Below, in pieces: positions 35,701-43,326 of a stretch of DNA of 43,644 nucleotides (position 1 is its first letter; the number at the start of each line of letters is the position of its first letter). Source of the DNA: a bacterium (GTDB lineage Bacteria; Desulfobacterota; Binatia; UBA1149; CAITLU01); NCBI GenBank assembly GCA_003354045.1, contig PIVZ01000001.1, positions 1-43,644 on the forward strand, in the 5' to 3' direction. A program made the translations under genes and the position numbers. The notes under the pieces are model-generated. The model was not told the DNA's origin. It was given only the letters and a program-made list of their open reading frames with translations, and did not search any database.

Positions 35701-36602
35701 TCAAGGGGAACTCGGTGGAGCTCGTGGAGTGGACCTCCGGCGGTGAGCATCTACTCGTCAAGGCCATCGATACGGATGGCCAGGAATCCTACACGGCGGC
35801 GGCGGTGTGGACAGACTTAGATCCGCCGTTCGGTGCCACGCTGGCTCTGGACCGGGATGAGCGAGCGCTGGGCTGGCCGGGCACCCACTCCGGAACCCAG
35901 GTTGATAGCGAGGGACGCCTCGAGGTGCCGGTCGGCCAGGTGGGCGGGATCTACCAGACGCCCGAGATTGACCTGGGCTCGGTCAAGGACTGGCACATCA
36001 TGATCTCTGGGACTCCAGTGAGCCGTTGGCGAGATCTCACCTCAGAGGCGAGCCGGATAGTGATCGGCGCGGTCACCGGTGGGCCGTTCCAGGCAGGGGA
36101 GACGGTGACCGGCGGCACCTCGAGCGCCACGGGGACAGTACTGATCGCGGCGGCCGACGGAGCGCTCTACCTATATATAAGGCTTCTGACGGGCACCTTC
36201 CAGGCAGATGAGACGCTCACTGGGGGCACCTCCGGAGCCACGGCGACCTCGGTGACAGCCGCGCTGCCGCTGCTGCTCAATGATCCGGAGCTCGCCAAGT
36301 GGACGACTGGCGGGCCTGGTGATGAGGACCACTCGAACGCCACGATAATCGAGCTCATGGCCGGGGAGGCGTCGGCCCGAGATCTACAGTCAGAATTCAC
36401 CCAGGGAGTCCTCCGGACCCGCTACCTGCAGGTGTTGGTGACGCTCAGTACGGACGATGAGGACCACTACCAGCCGGGCATGGAGACGCTCAGGATTACC
36501 GCCACGGAGGCGATCCGGCCGGTAGACAACCTGATCACGGCCGAGACCGACACCTCGAAGAGCCTTCGGCCGGACGGTAGCGGCGGAGTAATGTGGGTTT
36601 AG
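32769..36602 (+). CDS. Host specificity / central tail fibre protein (lambda J-like)
   Basis: 1277 aa. PIPVIYGQHRHGGHVLNLY and WSQNPAWISLDVCLNERYSMG match conserved J-family segments. The C-terminal part carries a GGTS-motif module. Confidence 0.85.
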   Translation: MLAITSRPAIFTERGGRSYSAEYRAGKSLRDYRPREFDHCEFYCVWNGRVMQGEALDRVLPHDGDKLTYAPSLGATAAGLAAVEVAKGMFIEALIGAAIAAAVSAAISYALSLLIGVPGEPEDIDDEGAVFSPIRNTRGRGLPIPVIYGQHRHGGHVLNLYTTLDERGNTKLSMLLGVSHGRIEGIGSQTGEFDDLAHDHADLSSVKVNNNPLTSYSGTTVSFRPGEITQSVIPGFNNLHDIQAIESLLEQPLDANGNPASGAGDWYRHSTTQAVDRAVINIAHGGLYYATDKGKIKTYHVAYDVRYRLQDAGGGVPGPWFYVNYDRTSGTHIITANPAQAVPVWVEAKRVAAFSSAFELVFSTRDDYDIEVRRHNRDSTNSNSGTQTRHKPTKRNNQITLSSVDEIIDQALAYPGTALLAFRNIDIRQTGGATPNVTAIYKGKRVPVWDGVDPDNPVYAHKWSQNPAWISLDVCLNERYSMGAYLDDTDPDLETLLEWADYCDTLVDDGEGGTEALALYDAVIRGELPAWEMLQNISRTARCAPLISGRKIKFKVEKPRSRTQVFGMGNIREGSWSGSGLNTVDAPNQITVQYLSAGRDYAGDAATFELDEVLTNSEPLRRKSFSLIGITRPGQALREAKFLGLMGKALAEMQGFSCGLSALGAEAGDRIGMTHDVPDWQYSGRIATGSTLTSVVLDREVVLEAGTTYEVMVISNTDDTETLVVTSPAGTYAAGDSISVASNWSRVPEKHDPFYLGEEDNVVNDWAIVERGINPDLSQSVKVVTYDESPMTDSLTLGQIVEVPSVVALGDAHRIPSDATDVTLVADPQISRSGTVKDALRVQWAEVNEQGTRKREVFLRESADYEWRSAGVATGGELLITEDVEPGTAYDVAVVGVADAGDRGHPDASPQASLTYNPLPSRPVPPTNLALRRVGDVVTLSWDDPGVDEEAQPQNRHLAFYRVKRGSEWREAMPVADVKGNSVELVEWTSGGEHLLVKAIDTDGQESYTAAAVWTDLDPPFGATLALDRDERALGWPGTHSGTQVDSEGRLEVPVGQVGGIYQTPEIDLGSVKDWHIMISGTPVSRWRDLTSEASRIVIGAVTGGPFQAGETVTGGTSSATGTVLIAAADGALYLYIRLLTGTFQADETLTGGTSGATATSVTAALPLLLNDPELAKWTTGGPGDEDHSNATIIELMAGEASARDLQSEFTQGVLRTRYLQVLVTLSTDDEDHYQPGMETLRITATEAIRPVDNLITAETDTSKSLRPDGSGGVMWV

Positions 36603-36604
36603 GC

Positions 36605-36645
36605 AAGAAAATTCCTACAGCGTAGGAAAGCGCCTCTTCCCCGTC
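36605..36645 (+). repeat. 41-bp element, copy 2 (identical to 16462-16502)
   Basis: Exact 41/41 match. It starts 3 nt after the J-like stop codon and lies 26 nt upstream of the next ORF. Confidence 0.9.
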
Positions 36646-36670
36646 TTCTGGGCGGCCGTACCATGGCGGT

Positions 36671-39600
36671 ATGGTTAGCTACAGATCCGCCATCCTGGGG
36701 GTCGCTGTCCTCGCGGCCTCTGTCCTTTTCATTGGATGCTTTCCCGCCATAGCCCAGATCAAGCCCCAGCAGGGCGGCACTGGTGCCAGCAACACCGGCG
36801 GAGCCGACATGGTCGTGGTTGGGGACGGGGACTCGTTTGAAGAGACGACCCTTCCGGACTGCGACGACAGCGTCGGGCAGCATCTCAACTACGACCAGAC
36901 CGCCGATACCTTCTCATGCGGGACGACGTCGAGCGCTAGCCATGGCGATGGCGCGAACTGCTCGGCCAGTCAGTATCCCCTTGGGGTGGATGCGAGCGGT
37001 GCGGTCCAATCGTGCACCGCGGATGACGATACCCCCGACGATGACAGCGAGGTGCCGGATGCTATCACGGTGGCGGGCGGCTCGGTGGCGACCAGTGACA
37101 TTACGTTCAAGGGTTCGGCCACACCGACGCCGACGGTCAACGGACGATGCGAGTGGGACACCGACGGTGACGGAATTCACAGCCGCGTGCTGGTCTGCGG
37201 CGACGGTGCTACCCAGAGTAAGTTCTACCCCTTGGGCGACGTACGGAAGGTTGGCGACTGTGTCGAGGGGGCATGCTTTGCGAACGGGGAGGACAACGGC
37301 AGGATTCTTATCTGCGAGGGTGCGACAAACGACACGTATGAAAACACGTTCGGATTCAAGAGCGCTTGCGATCCTGCGGCGGACCACGCGATAGAGCTAC
37401 AGTGCGACGAGTCGGGTGATGTTCTGACGACTGGCAGCACGGACGACATCACGGAAGATCTCCTCAAGGCAGTGGACGCTCCAGGCGATGAGGAGTGTCT
37501 CACCTACGAGGCAACCGTTGGCGATTTTGAGTGGCAGACGTGCGGCGGTTCCGGTCACGGCGACGGTGCGAACTGTGGCGCCGGCAACTATCCCCTTGGG
37601 GTCGATGCGAGCGGTGCGGTCCAATCGTGCACGGCCGACGACGACCAGCCCGACACCGATGGCGAGGTTCCAAACGCAATCACTGTATCTGGCGGCCAGA
37701 TTAGCTCGTCGGATATCACGTTTAGAAACACCGGCGGACCCACTCCCACCATCTCGGGCCAGTGCGAGTGGAACAGCACATCCGACCGACTGGTCTGTGG
37801 CGATGGCGCCAGCCAGGTCGTCTTCTACACAGGCAGCCACACCACGGACACGGGGCCGTCTCCTGACTGCGCCGGGACCGATCAGTATCAAGACGGCGAG
37901 GGTGACTGTGACACGGTGGGGGGTGATCTCTCTGGTGGTCTCGACGTGCTGGCTATCGGGACCGACAAAGTCGATGCCGACAACCTTAAGGACACCGACT
38001 CCCCAGGGGATGAGGAGTGCCTGACCTACGAGGCAACGGGCACCACGTTTGAGTGGCAGACCTGTGGAGGCGCTGGACACGGAGATGGGGCCAATTGCTC
38101 CGCGAACCAGTACCCCCTCGGTGTGGACGCGAGCGGCGCGGTGCAATCGTGCACCGCGGATGACGATACCCCCGACGATGACTCTGAGGTGCCCGACGCG
38201 ATCACCGTAGCTGGCGGTACGGTGAACACCAGTGATTTCACCTTCAAGGGCTCCGCCACCCCGACCCCGACCGGCAACGGGACCTGTGAGTGGGACAATG
38301 ACGGTGATGGGGTACATGATCGCGTCTTGGTCTGCGGCGATGGGGCAACGCAGCAGCGATTCTACCCGCTCGGCGACATTCGCACGGTAGGGAACTGTAC
38401 GAGCGGCGCATGCTTCGCCAACGGGAACAACAACGGCCGGGAACTCGTCTATGAGGGAGCGACAGACGACACGTACGAGAACACGCTTGGATTCAAGAGC
38501 TCCTGCGATCCGTCGGCTGATCACGACATAGAGCTACCGTGCGACGAGACCGGGGACGTTCTGACGACTGGGAGCACGGACGGCATCATCGAGGGACTGC
38601 TCAAGGCGGTAGATGCCCCGGGCGACGAGGAGTGCCTAACATACGAGGCGACGGTTGGTGACTTCGAGTGGCAGACCTGCGGCACTGGCCATGGCGACGG
38701 TGCGGACTGCGGGGCAGGCAACTACCCCCTCGGCGTTGACGCGAGCGGCGCTGTCCAATCATGTACCGCCGACGACGATACCCCGGACGATGACTCTGAG
38801 GTGCCCAATGCGATCTCCGTGATATCCGGCTGGGTGAGCTCGTCGGACTTCACCTTTAAGGGCGGCGCCTCGCCCACGCCAACGGCCACCGGCCGCTGCG
38901 AGTGGGATACAGACGACTTTCGAATCGTCTGCGGCGACGGTACGGGCCAGAAGACCTTCTATAATGGGGCTCACACGACGGACACTGGACCGTCTCCAGA
39001 CTGTTCGGGAACGAGTACGTACCAAGATGGAGAAGGTGGCTGTGATGCCGTTGGAGGTGATCTCTCTGGCGGTCTCGACGCCCTCGTCATAGGCGCGGAC
39101 AAGGTGCTCGAATCTCACCTGAAGGCGGTGGACGCGGCGTCCGACGAGGAGTGCCTCACCTACGAGGTGACGACAGGGGATTTTGAGTGGCAGACGTGCG
39201 GCGGCGTGGACACAGGGCCGTCTCCAGACTGCTCAGGCACCAGCACGTATCAGGACGGGGAGGGGGGCTGCGACACGGTTGGCGGAGACTTGACCGGTGG
39301 TCTCGACGCACTGGCGATCGGGACGGACAAAGTCGATGCGGACAACCTCAAGGACACGGATGCTCCGGGAGACGAGGAGTGCCTGACGTATGAGTCCACC
39401 GGGACCACGTTCGAATGGCAGGCCTGTGGCGGGTCAGACACGAATGCGAAAACCCTCTGCGCCGACGGTGAGGTTCTGCTCGGGGAGACTTCCACCACGT
39501 GCAAGGAGGTGCTGACCTACGACCACCTATGCAAGACGATAGAACGACTCGAGGATAGTGAATCCAACTTGCCGTTGTGGGTGGCTCCCGCTGCCGTGAC

Positions 39601-39850
39601 GGTGAAAAACGTTTGGTGTCGCTGTCAAGGCACTTGCTCAGCGATGGCCTCAGTCCGCCTAGAGGACGGCGCCGGAAACGCGATGACCGGCACGCACGCG
39701 TGCGTCAATGCGACGGGGGCTCTGTCGAAGACGGCGATAAGCGCCGGAGGGGCGCTGGTTTCCTTGGAGATGATGCGGTTCGACGAGACAGACGGGACCA
39801 TAGACGACGGCGACACCTACACGATCTGTTGGGATTACGATGTCGACTAA
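36671..39850 (+). CDS. Cys/Asp-rich repeat protein (tail-fibre position) with N-terminal signal-peptide-like segment
   Basis: 1059 aa. N-terminus AILGVAVLAASVLFIGCFPAIAQ. Internal A-B-A-B-B' repeat architecture. Distinct C-terminal ~200 aa. Confidence 0.75.
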   Translation: MVSYRSAILGVAVLAASVLFIGCFPAIAQIKPQQGGTGASNTGGADMVVVGDGDSFEETTLPDCDDSVGQHLNYDQTADTFSCGTTSSASHGDGANCSASQYPLGVDASGAVQSCTADDDTPDDDSEVPDAITVAGGSVATSDITFKGSATPTPTVNGRCEWDTDGDGIHSRVLVCGDGATQSKFYPLGDVRKVGDCVEGACFANGEDNGRILICEGATNDTYENTFGFKSACDPAADHAIELQCDESGDVLTTGSTDDITEDLLKAVDAPGDEECLTYEATVGDFEWQTCGGSGHGDGANCGAGNYPLGVDASGAVQSCTADDDQPDTDGEVPNAITVSGGQISSSDITFRNTGGPTPTISGQCEWNSTSDRLVCGDGASQVVFYTGSHTTDTGPSPDCAGTDQYQDGEGDCDTVGGDLSGGLDVLAIGTDKVDADNLKDTDSPGDEECLTYEATGTTFEWQTCGGAGHGDGANCSANQYPLGVDASGAVQSCTADDDTPDDDSEVPDAITVAGGTVNTSDFTFKGSATPTPTGNGTCEWDNDGDGVHDRVLVCGDGATQQRFYPLGDIRTVGNCTSGACFANGNNNGRELVYEGATDDTYENTLGFKSSCDPSADHDIELPCDETGDVLTTGSTDGIIEGLLKAVDAPGDEECLTYEATVGDFEWQTCGTGHGDGADCGAGNYPLGVDASGAVQSCTADDDTPDDDSEVPNAISVISGWVSSSDFTFKGGASPTPTATGRCEWDTDDFRIVCGDGTGQKTFYNGAHTTDTGPSPDCSGTSTYQDGEGGCDAVGGDLSGGLDALVIGADKVLESHLKAVDAASDEECLTYEVTTGDFEWQTCGGVDTGPSPDCSGTSTYQDGEGGCDTVGGDLTGGLDALAIGTDKVDADNLKDTDAPGDEECLTYESTGTTFEWQACGGSDTNAKTLCADGEVLLGETSTTCKEVLTYDHLCKTIERLEDSESNLPLWVAPAAVTVKNVWCRCQGTCSAMASVRLEDGAGNAMTGTHACVNATGALSKTAISAGGALVSLEMMRFDETDGTIDDGDTYTICWDYDVD
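36941..39433 (+). repeat. Intragenic tandem repeats: A1 36941-37555, B1 37556-38077, A2 38078-38689, B2 38690-39205, B' (half unit) 39206-39433
   Basis: Each unit opens with HGDGA(N/D)C..(Q/N)YPLGVDASGAVQSCTADDD and ends with DEECLTYE...FEWQTCGG. Copies differ at many synonymous sites. Confidence 0.85.
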
Positions 39851-41168
39851 GCTCAACGTGTTTGCGGCCCTTGTCGTTGCAGTATTCTTGATTTTCGGGA
39901 TGGGCGATCGCGCGACTGCCGCGGACAATAGCTACTACATGTGGTGGGCTACAGGGTTTGACGAGGACGACACGTACCGCGCGGGCACGAGTTCCGACCT
40001 GCCCTACATGGGCACCTGGGATACCTCCTCTATGCCCACGAACTATTGCCGGAGGACCGCGCCAGGCACGAGTGGCGTGGGGACCAGCGCGGGGTCGCTC
40101 GACTGCGACTCGGGCACCACCACTACGGGGGAGTTCTATGAGATAGACCTCAGCGAGACGGGTGTCTCGGCTGACGGGTGGGGGTTCTGCTTCACGGTGC
40201 TCGTCACTAGCTCGACTGGCGAGACGGAGGATATGCTGTCGTTTCAGGACGCCAGCGGCGTTGACATTCTCATGCTCCGAAAGAGTGGGAGCTACTTGAT
40301 CGGAACTACGGCATCGAGTGGCGATATCAATTTAGTCAGTTGGACGTTGGGTGAACCGCATAGGGTTTGTCTGAGGGCGCTGACCAGTACGATTCACAAG
40401 GACCTACATGTGTGGATAGACCCTCCTGTGAATGGCGCGACGGAAGCCAACGCGGACTACTCAAACCTTAACTATGATTTTGAGCAACTCTCTGTCGATC
40501 TAGGCCAGATCAAAGTGCAGGCCATCGACGTCTCCGATGACCATAATCAAGCCTTCGATGACTTTATATTGATGCAATACGTGTGGAGCGTTGGCGCCGA
40601 TTTCACGATGAACGAGATGTCTCAATTGCGCGTGTTTGGGATGCAGCCAAACGGGCAGCAGGGGGAGTCGGGCACGACTGTCAATGGAGACTGCAGCGGC
40701 GATACCGGTGTAAATGCGTGGAAGTGTCTGGATGGTCGATATCAGGAACCAGGTCGAGCCAAGACCGCCAACCCGAGGAGCTTTATAGTCCTCAACGCGG
40801 ACACCGAGTACCAGAGGAGCCACTTCGCGGCCGCTGACAGCGACGCACTGAAGTACTACGACACTATGGGGGTGCTGGTGTGCGCTCATGTCCGGGAGAA
40901 TGGGACGGGAACTAGACAAGATGCGGAGTTCGGAGACGACACCGGATGTTGCACGACCGTGGCGGAGAATTCTCTCCCTACGACGGTGGATAGAGTAGAC
41001 CAAAAGTGTTGGTGGCTGGCAACGAAGAAGAACGGAACCGACTGGGACAAGGCTGGACTAGATGCGTTTTATGCCGGCTTCACGAAGACAGTCGGCACCG
41101 CGGCTCTTCATATTGAAACCATTTTTGCAAACCACATAGTGAAGGTTGGAGGTAGAAGGACATGGTAA
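39840..41168 (+). CDS. Secreted-looking hypothetical protein, possible ConA/LamG-like fold
   Basis: N-terminus MSTKLNVFAALVVAVFLIFGMGDRATAAD looks like a signal peptide. 442 aa. Visibly lower GC. Overlaps the upstream stop by 11 nt. Confidence 0.65.
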   Translation: MSTKLNVFAALVVAVFLIFGMGDRATAADNSYYMWWATGFDEDDTYRAGTSSDLPYMGTWDTSSMPTNYCRRTAPGTSGVGTSAGSLDCDSGTTTTGEFYEIDLSETGVSADGWGFCFTVLVTSSTGETEDMLSFQDASGVDILMLRKSGSYLIGTTASSGDINLVSWTLGEPHRVCLRALTSTIHKDLHVWIDPPVNGATEANADYSNLNYDFEQLSVDLGQIKVQAIDVSDDHNQAFDDFILMQYVWSVGADFTMNEMSQLRVFGMQPNGQQGESGTTVNGDCSGDTGVNAWKCLDGRYQEPGRAKTANPRSFIVLNADTEYQRSHFAAADSDALKYYDTMGVLVCAHVRENGTGTRQDAEFGDDTGCCTTVAENSLPTTVDRVDQKCWWLATKKNGTDWDKAGLDAFYAGFTKTVGTAALHIETIFANHIVKVGGRRTW

Positions 41169-41614
41169 GGCGCTTACAAATCGCAACGGTCGCGGCGGTG
41201 CTCTTGATGGGTTGTGGAACGATCCGTGTGGAAGCGCAGACCGTTAAGGTCTGTGTTGATATGACCAACGCGGCGCAGGTGCGGGTAGGTGAGGCTGTGG
41301 CATTCCGCAACGAGAACCGAGCTGCGGAGGACCAACTCACCGTGGCGGAGTACGTGGAGACGGTCATCCGGGACGAGGTGCTGCGGGTGCTTGCTCAGAA
41401 GAGACACGGCGAGTTGATGCAGGCGGCAGAGGCGGACTTGCGAGGAGCCCAAGACACTTACGAGGCCGATCTCTTCGGGGAGTTTGCCTGTTGCCTTCCA
41501 GACGGCAGCTGCCGGGACTTAATACAACGCAAGTGTCACGCGATAGGCACGCCGTTCGTGGACTCCTTATGCGCGGCGACGACCTGTCCCACGACGACGA
41601 CAACACTCCCCTAA
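41162..41614 (+). CDS. Putative lipoprotein with Cys-rich C-terminus
   Basis: MVRRLQIATVAAVLLMGC is a signal peptide plus lipobox. C-terminus ACCLPDGSCRDLIQRKCHAIGTPFVDSLCAATTCP. Confidence 0.6.
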   Translation: MVRRLQIATVAAVLLMGCGTIRVEAQTVKVCVDMTNAAQVRVGEAVAFRNENRAAEDQLTVAEYVETVIRDEVLRVLAQKRHGELMQAAEADLRGAQDTYEADLFGEFACCLPDGSCRDLIQRKCHAIGTPFVDSLCAATTCPTTTTTLP

Positions 41615-41626
41615 TCGCGGATCGTA

Positions 41627-42214
41627 ATGTCTCAAGATTACGATCAGCCGGTAGCGGCAACCGAGAGCCTTGAGGATAAGCGGGGGAAGGACAACGACGC
41701 CTTTGACGCTCTCCTTACCTGTCAGTCCGGCACCACCGCGCCAAGCACGACCGAGGCCTACATGCTCTGGGCCGACACCACAGCGAAGTGGCTCAAGCAG
41801 CGCAATTCCTCGGACGATGGATGGAACTACCTCTGGCCGCTCAACGACGTAGCCGGGGGAGGGCAGGTCAAGTACGCCCAGGGCTGGGTAACGCACGACG
41901 CGCAGACCCTCACTCTCGATCAGATCCCCGCGGATCACGTCATGCTACGGCGCTCTACCGAGGTCGCGGAGGCCTTCGATTCGGACGGCACGGACTTCAT
42001 TCGTACAGGGCACGACACGGATGACGACGCGTACTCGCAGGACGTGGACGTGTCTTCCACGGGGCTAAAGACGCTGACCGACGGCGTGGACATCGGGGAG
42101 TACTCGAGCTCGGCGCGGACTCCGAAGGCCACCTACTCCAACGGCGGATCAGAGCCGACGCAGGGGAAGGCCCTCATCACGTTCGAGTTCATCCTTGTGG
42201 ATGCGGAGCCGTAG
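41627..42214 (+). CDS. Hypothetical protein (possible fibre or accessory protein)
   Basis: 195-aa ORF. The start codon is buried in a 9-bp hairpin and no SD is evident. Confidence 0.5.
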   Translation: MSQDYDQPVAATESLEDKRGKDNDAFDALLTCQSGTTAPSTTEAYMLWADTTAKWLKQRNSSDDGWNYLWPLNDVAGGGQVKYAQGWVTHDAQTLTLDQIPADHVMLRRSTEVAEAFDSDGTDFIRTGHDTDDDAYSQDVDVSSTGLKTLTDGVDIGEYSSSARTPKATYSNGGSEPTQGKALITFEFILVDAEP

Positions 42215-42231
42215 GTGCGGACGGTGCGTGA

Positions 42232-42441
42232 GTGGAGCAGCTAGCGACATGGGCCGGCCCACTGATCGTGGCGGCGTGTCTCGCTCTCTTAAACGTGGGG
42301 GCGGTAATCTCCGCGGTGCGCCGGCAGACGAAAGACCTTGAGGAGCGAAAGCTGAGCGACAAGGAACAGTGGAAGGCGATCCGAGATCTTGAACAAGCCG
42401 TTTCGGCGATCAAGGCGGTGCTAGGAGTGCGGCAGTCATGA
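42232..42441 (+). CDS. Small membrane protein (holin-like candidate)
   Basis: 69 aa. One N-terminal TM helix (WAGPLIVAACLALLNVGAVISAV) followed by a charged helix. Confidence 0.5.
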   Translation: MEQLATWAGPLIVAACLALLNVGAVISAVRRQTKDLEERKLSDKEQWKAIRDLEQAVSAIKAVLGVRQS

Positions 42442-42530
42442 CGATCAGGGCGAAGGTGGAAGTAGGCGCGGCATCGATCAGCGCCATATTACTCGCGGTA
42501 CTGGCGGCAGCGGCCGTCGCTGCGGGATGA
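42438..42530 (+). CDS. 30-aa hydrophobic peptide, hypothetical
   Basis: MTIRAKVEVGAASISAILLAVLAAAAVAAG, ATGA-coupled. Below the track cutoff. Confidence 0.3.
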   Translation: MTIRAKVEVGAASISAILLAVLAAAAVAAG

Positions 42531-42545
42531 GACGGAGGTAGGAAG

Positions 42546-43070
42546 ATGGAGATAAGTGGAGCGACCCAGGACAGGACCCTGGGCATGGTGATCGGTGCGC
42601 TGATCGCCTACGGAGTCGTCAAGCTGGTGGGTGCGGCGCCCACTGGTGACCAGGCGATAGCGATAGGGAGCGCCGCGGGAGGCGTGGGTGTGATGCTGGC
42701 TGCGCAGGTGCCGGCCGTCTACCGCGTTGGACTCCGAGCGGCAGCGCTACTGGTCGCTGCGGCGCTGGGAGTGACGGTGAGCGCGGGCTGCTCGGTGATG
42801 AAACAGCCGACGTCGCCGTTTGAGCAGTGCTACCGGGCGGCCGGTGCATACGAGGTCGCCCAGGTGGCGATTGAGGCGGCCGTGACGACCCCGAGTCTAC
42901 CCACGAACGTCAAGCTGACGCTGCAGAAGCTTGACCGAGAGGCCGTTGACGCGGCGGAGGGCTGTGAAAAGGCGGCTCTGGATTCAGACGGTCAGGAGGC
43001 TCTCTTCTACGCGAGGATCTTGACCCAGGCGGTTGTGCAATCGCGACCGCTGCTGGCGGAGGTGCAGTGA
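42546..43070 (+). CDS. Membrane protein with internal lipoprotein-type signal (spanin-like candidate)
   Basis: GGAGG RBS. Two N-terminal hydrophobic helices, then LLVAAALGVTVSAGC (lipobox-like), then a soluble helical domain. Confidence 0.5.
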   Translation: MEISGATQDRTLGMVIGALIAYGVVKLVGAAPTGDQAIAIGSAAGGVGVMLAAQVPAVYRVGLRAAALLVAAALGVTVSAGCSVMKQPTSPFEQCYRAAGAYEVAQVAIEAAVTTPSLPTNVKLTLQKLDREAVDAAEGCEKAALDSDGQEALFYARILTQAVVQSRPLLAEVQ

Positions 43071-43258
43071 TGAAATCGGAAGATGTGCTGGTGACCCTTG
43101 ATCTGGTGATCCTGGCGCTCGGGGTTGGCCCGGAGCTCTTCGACAAGATCTCGGCGCTGCGGGAGCGCGCGAAGAACGGTGAGGAGGCGAGCCCGGAGGA
43201 GCTGCGCTCGCTGATCGGCGGCCTGAAGGACCGGAGCTCCAGGATTCAGGCGGCCTAG
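43067..43258 (+). CDS. Small membrane protein, hypothetical
   Basis: 63 aa. VLVTLDLVILALGVG is a TM helix. The start overlaps the previous stop. Confidence 0.5.
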   Translation: MMKSEDVLVTLDLVILALGVGPELFDKISALRERAKNGEEASPEELRSLIGGLKDRSSRIQAA

Positions 43259-43274
43259 CCGTAGTCCACTGGCC

Positions 43275-43326
43275 GGCGTCGGGCGGCTCCAAGGAGAAGG
43301 GGGGTGCGATGGAGCCGCCCGACGCC
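43275..43326 (+). terminator. 16-bp perfect inverted repeat hairpin (terminator-like, no U tract)
   Basis: GGCGTCGGGCGGCTCC (43275-43290) pairs with GGAGCCGCCCGACGCC (43311-43326), with a 20-nt loop. It follows the last phage ORF. Confidence 0.4.

Noticed and set aside
37397-38524. Long antisense ORFs inside real genes (for example 37397-38524, 18727-19800, 24114-25169, 25741-26634, 2467-3501, all on the - strand)
   Set aside because: They lie opposite genes with clear family signatures and have Arg/Gly/Pro-rich low-complexity translations. Long antisense open frames are expected in high-GC DNA.
36941-39433. Possible CRISPR array or diversity-generating retroelement (template/variable repeat) in the repeated fibre region
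   Set aside because: The repeats are 500-600-nt coding units in one continuous ORF, not short repeats with spacers. No reverse transcriptase exists in the window. Differences between copies are spread over all base types, largely at synonymous sites, and are not adenine-specific.
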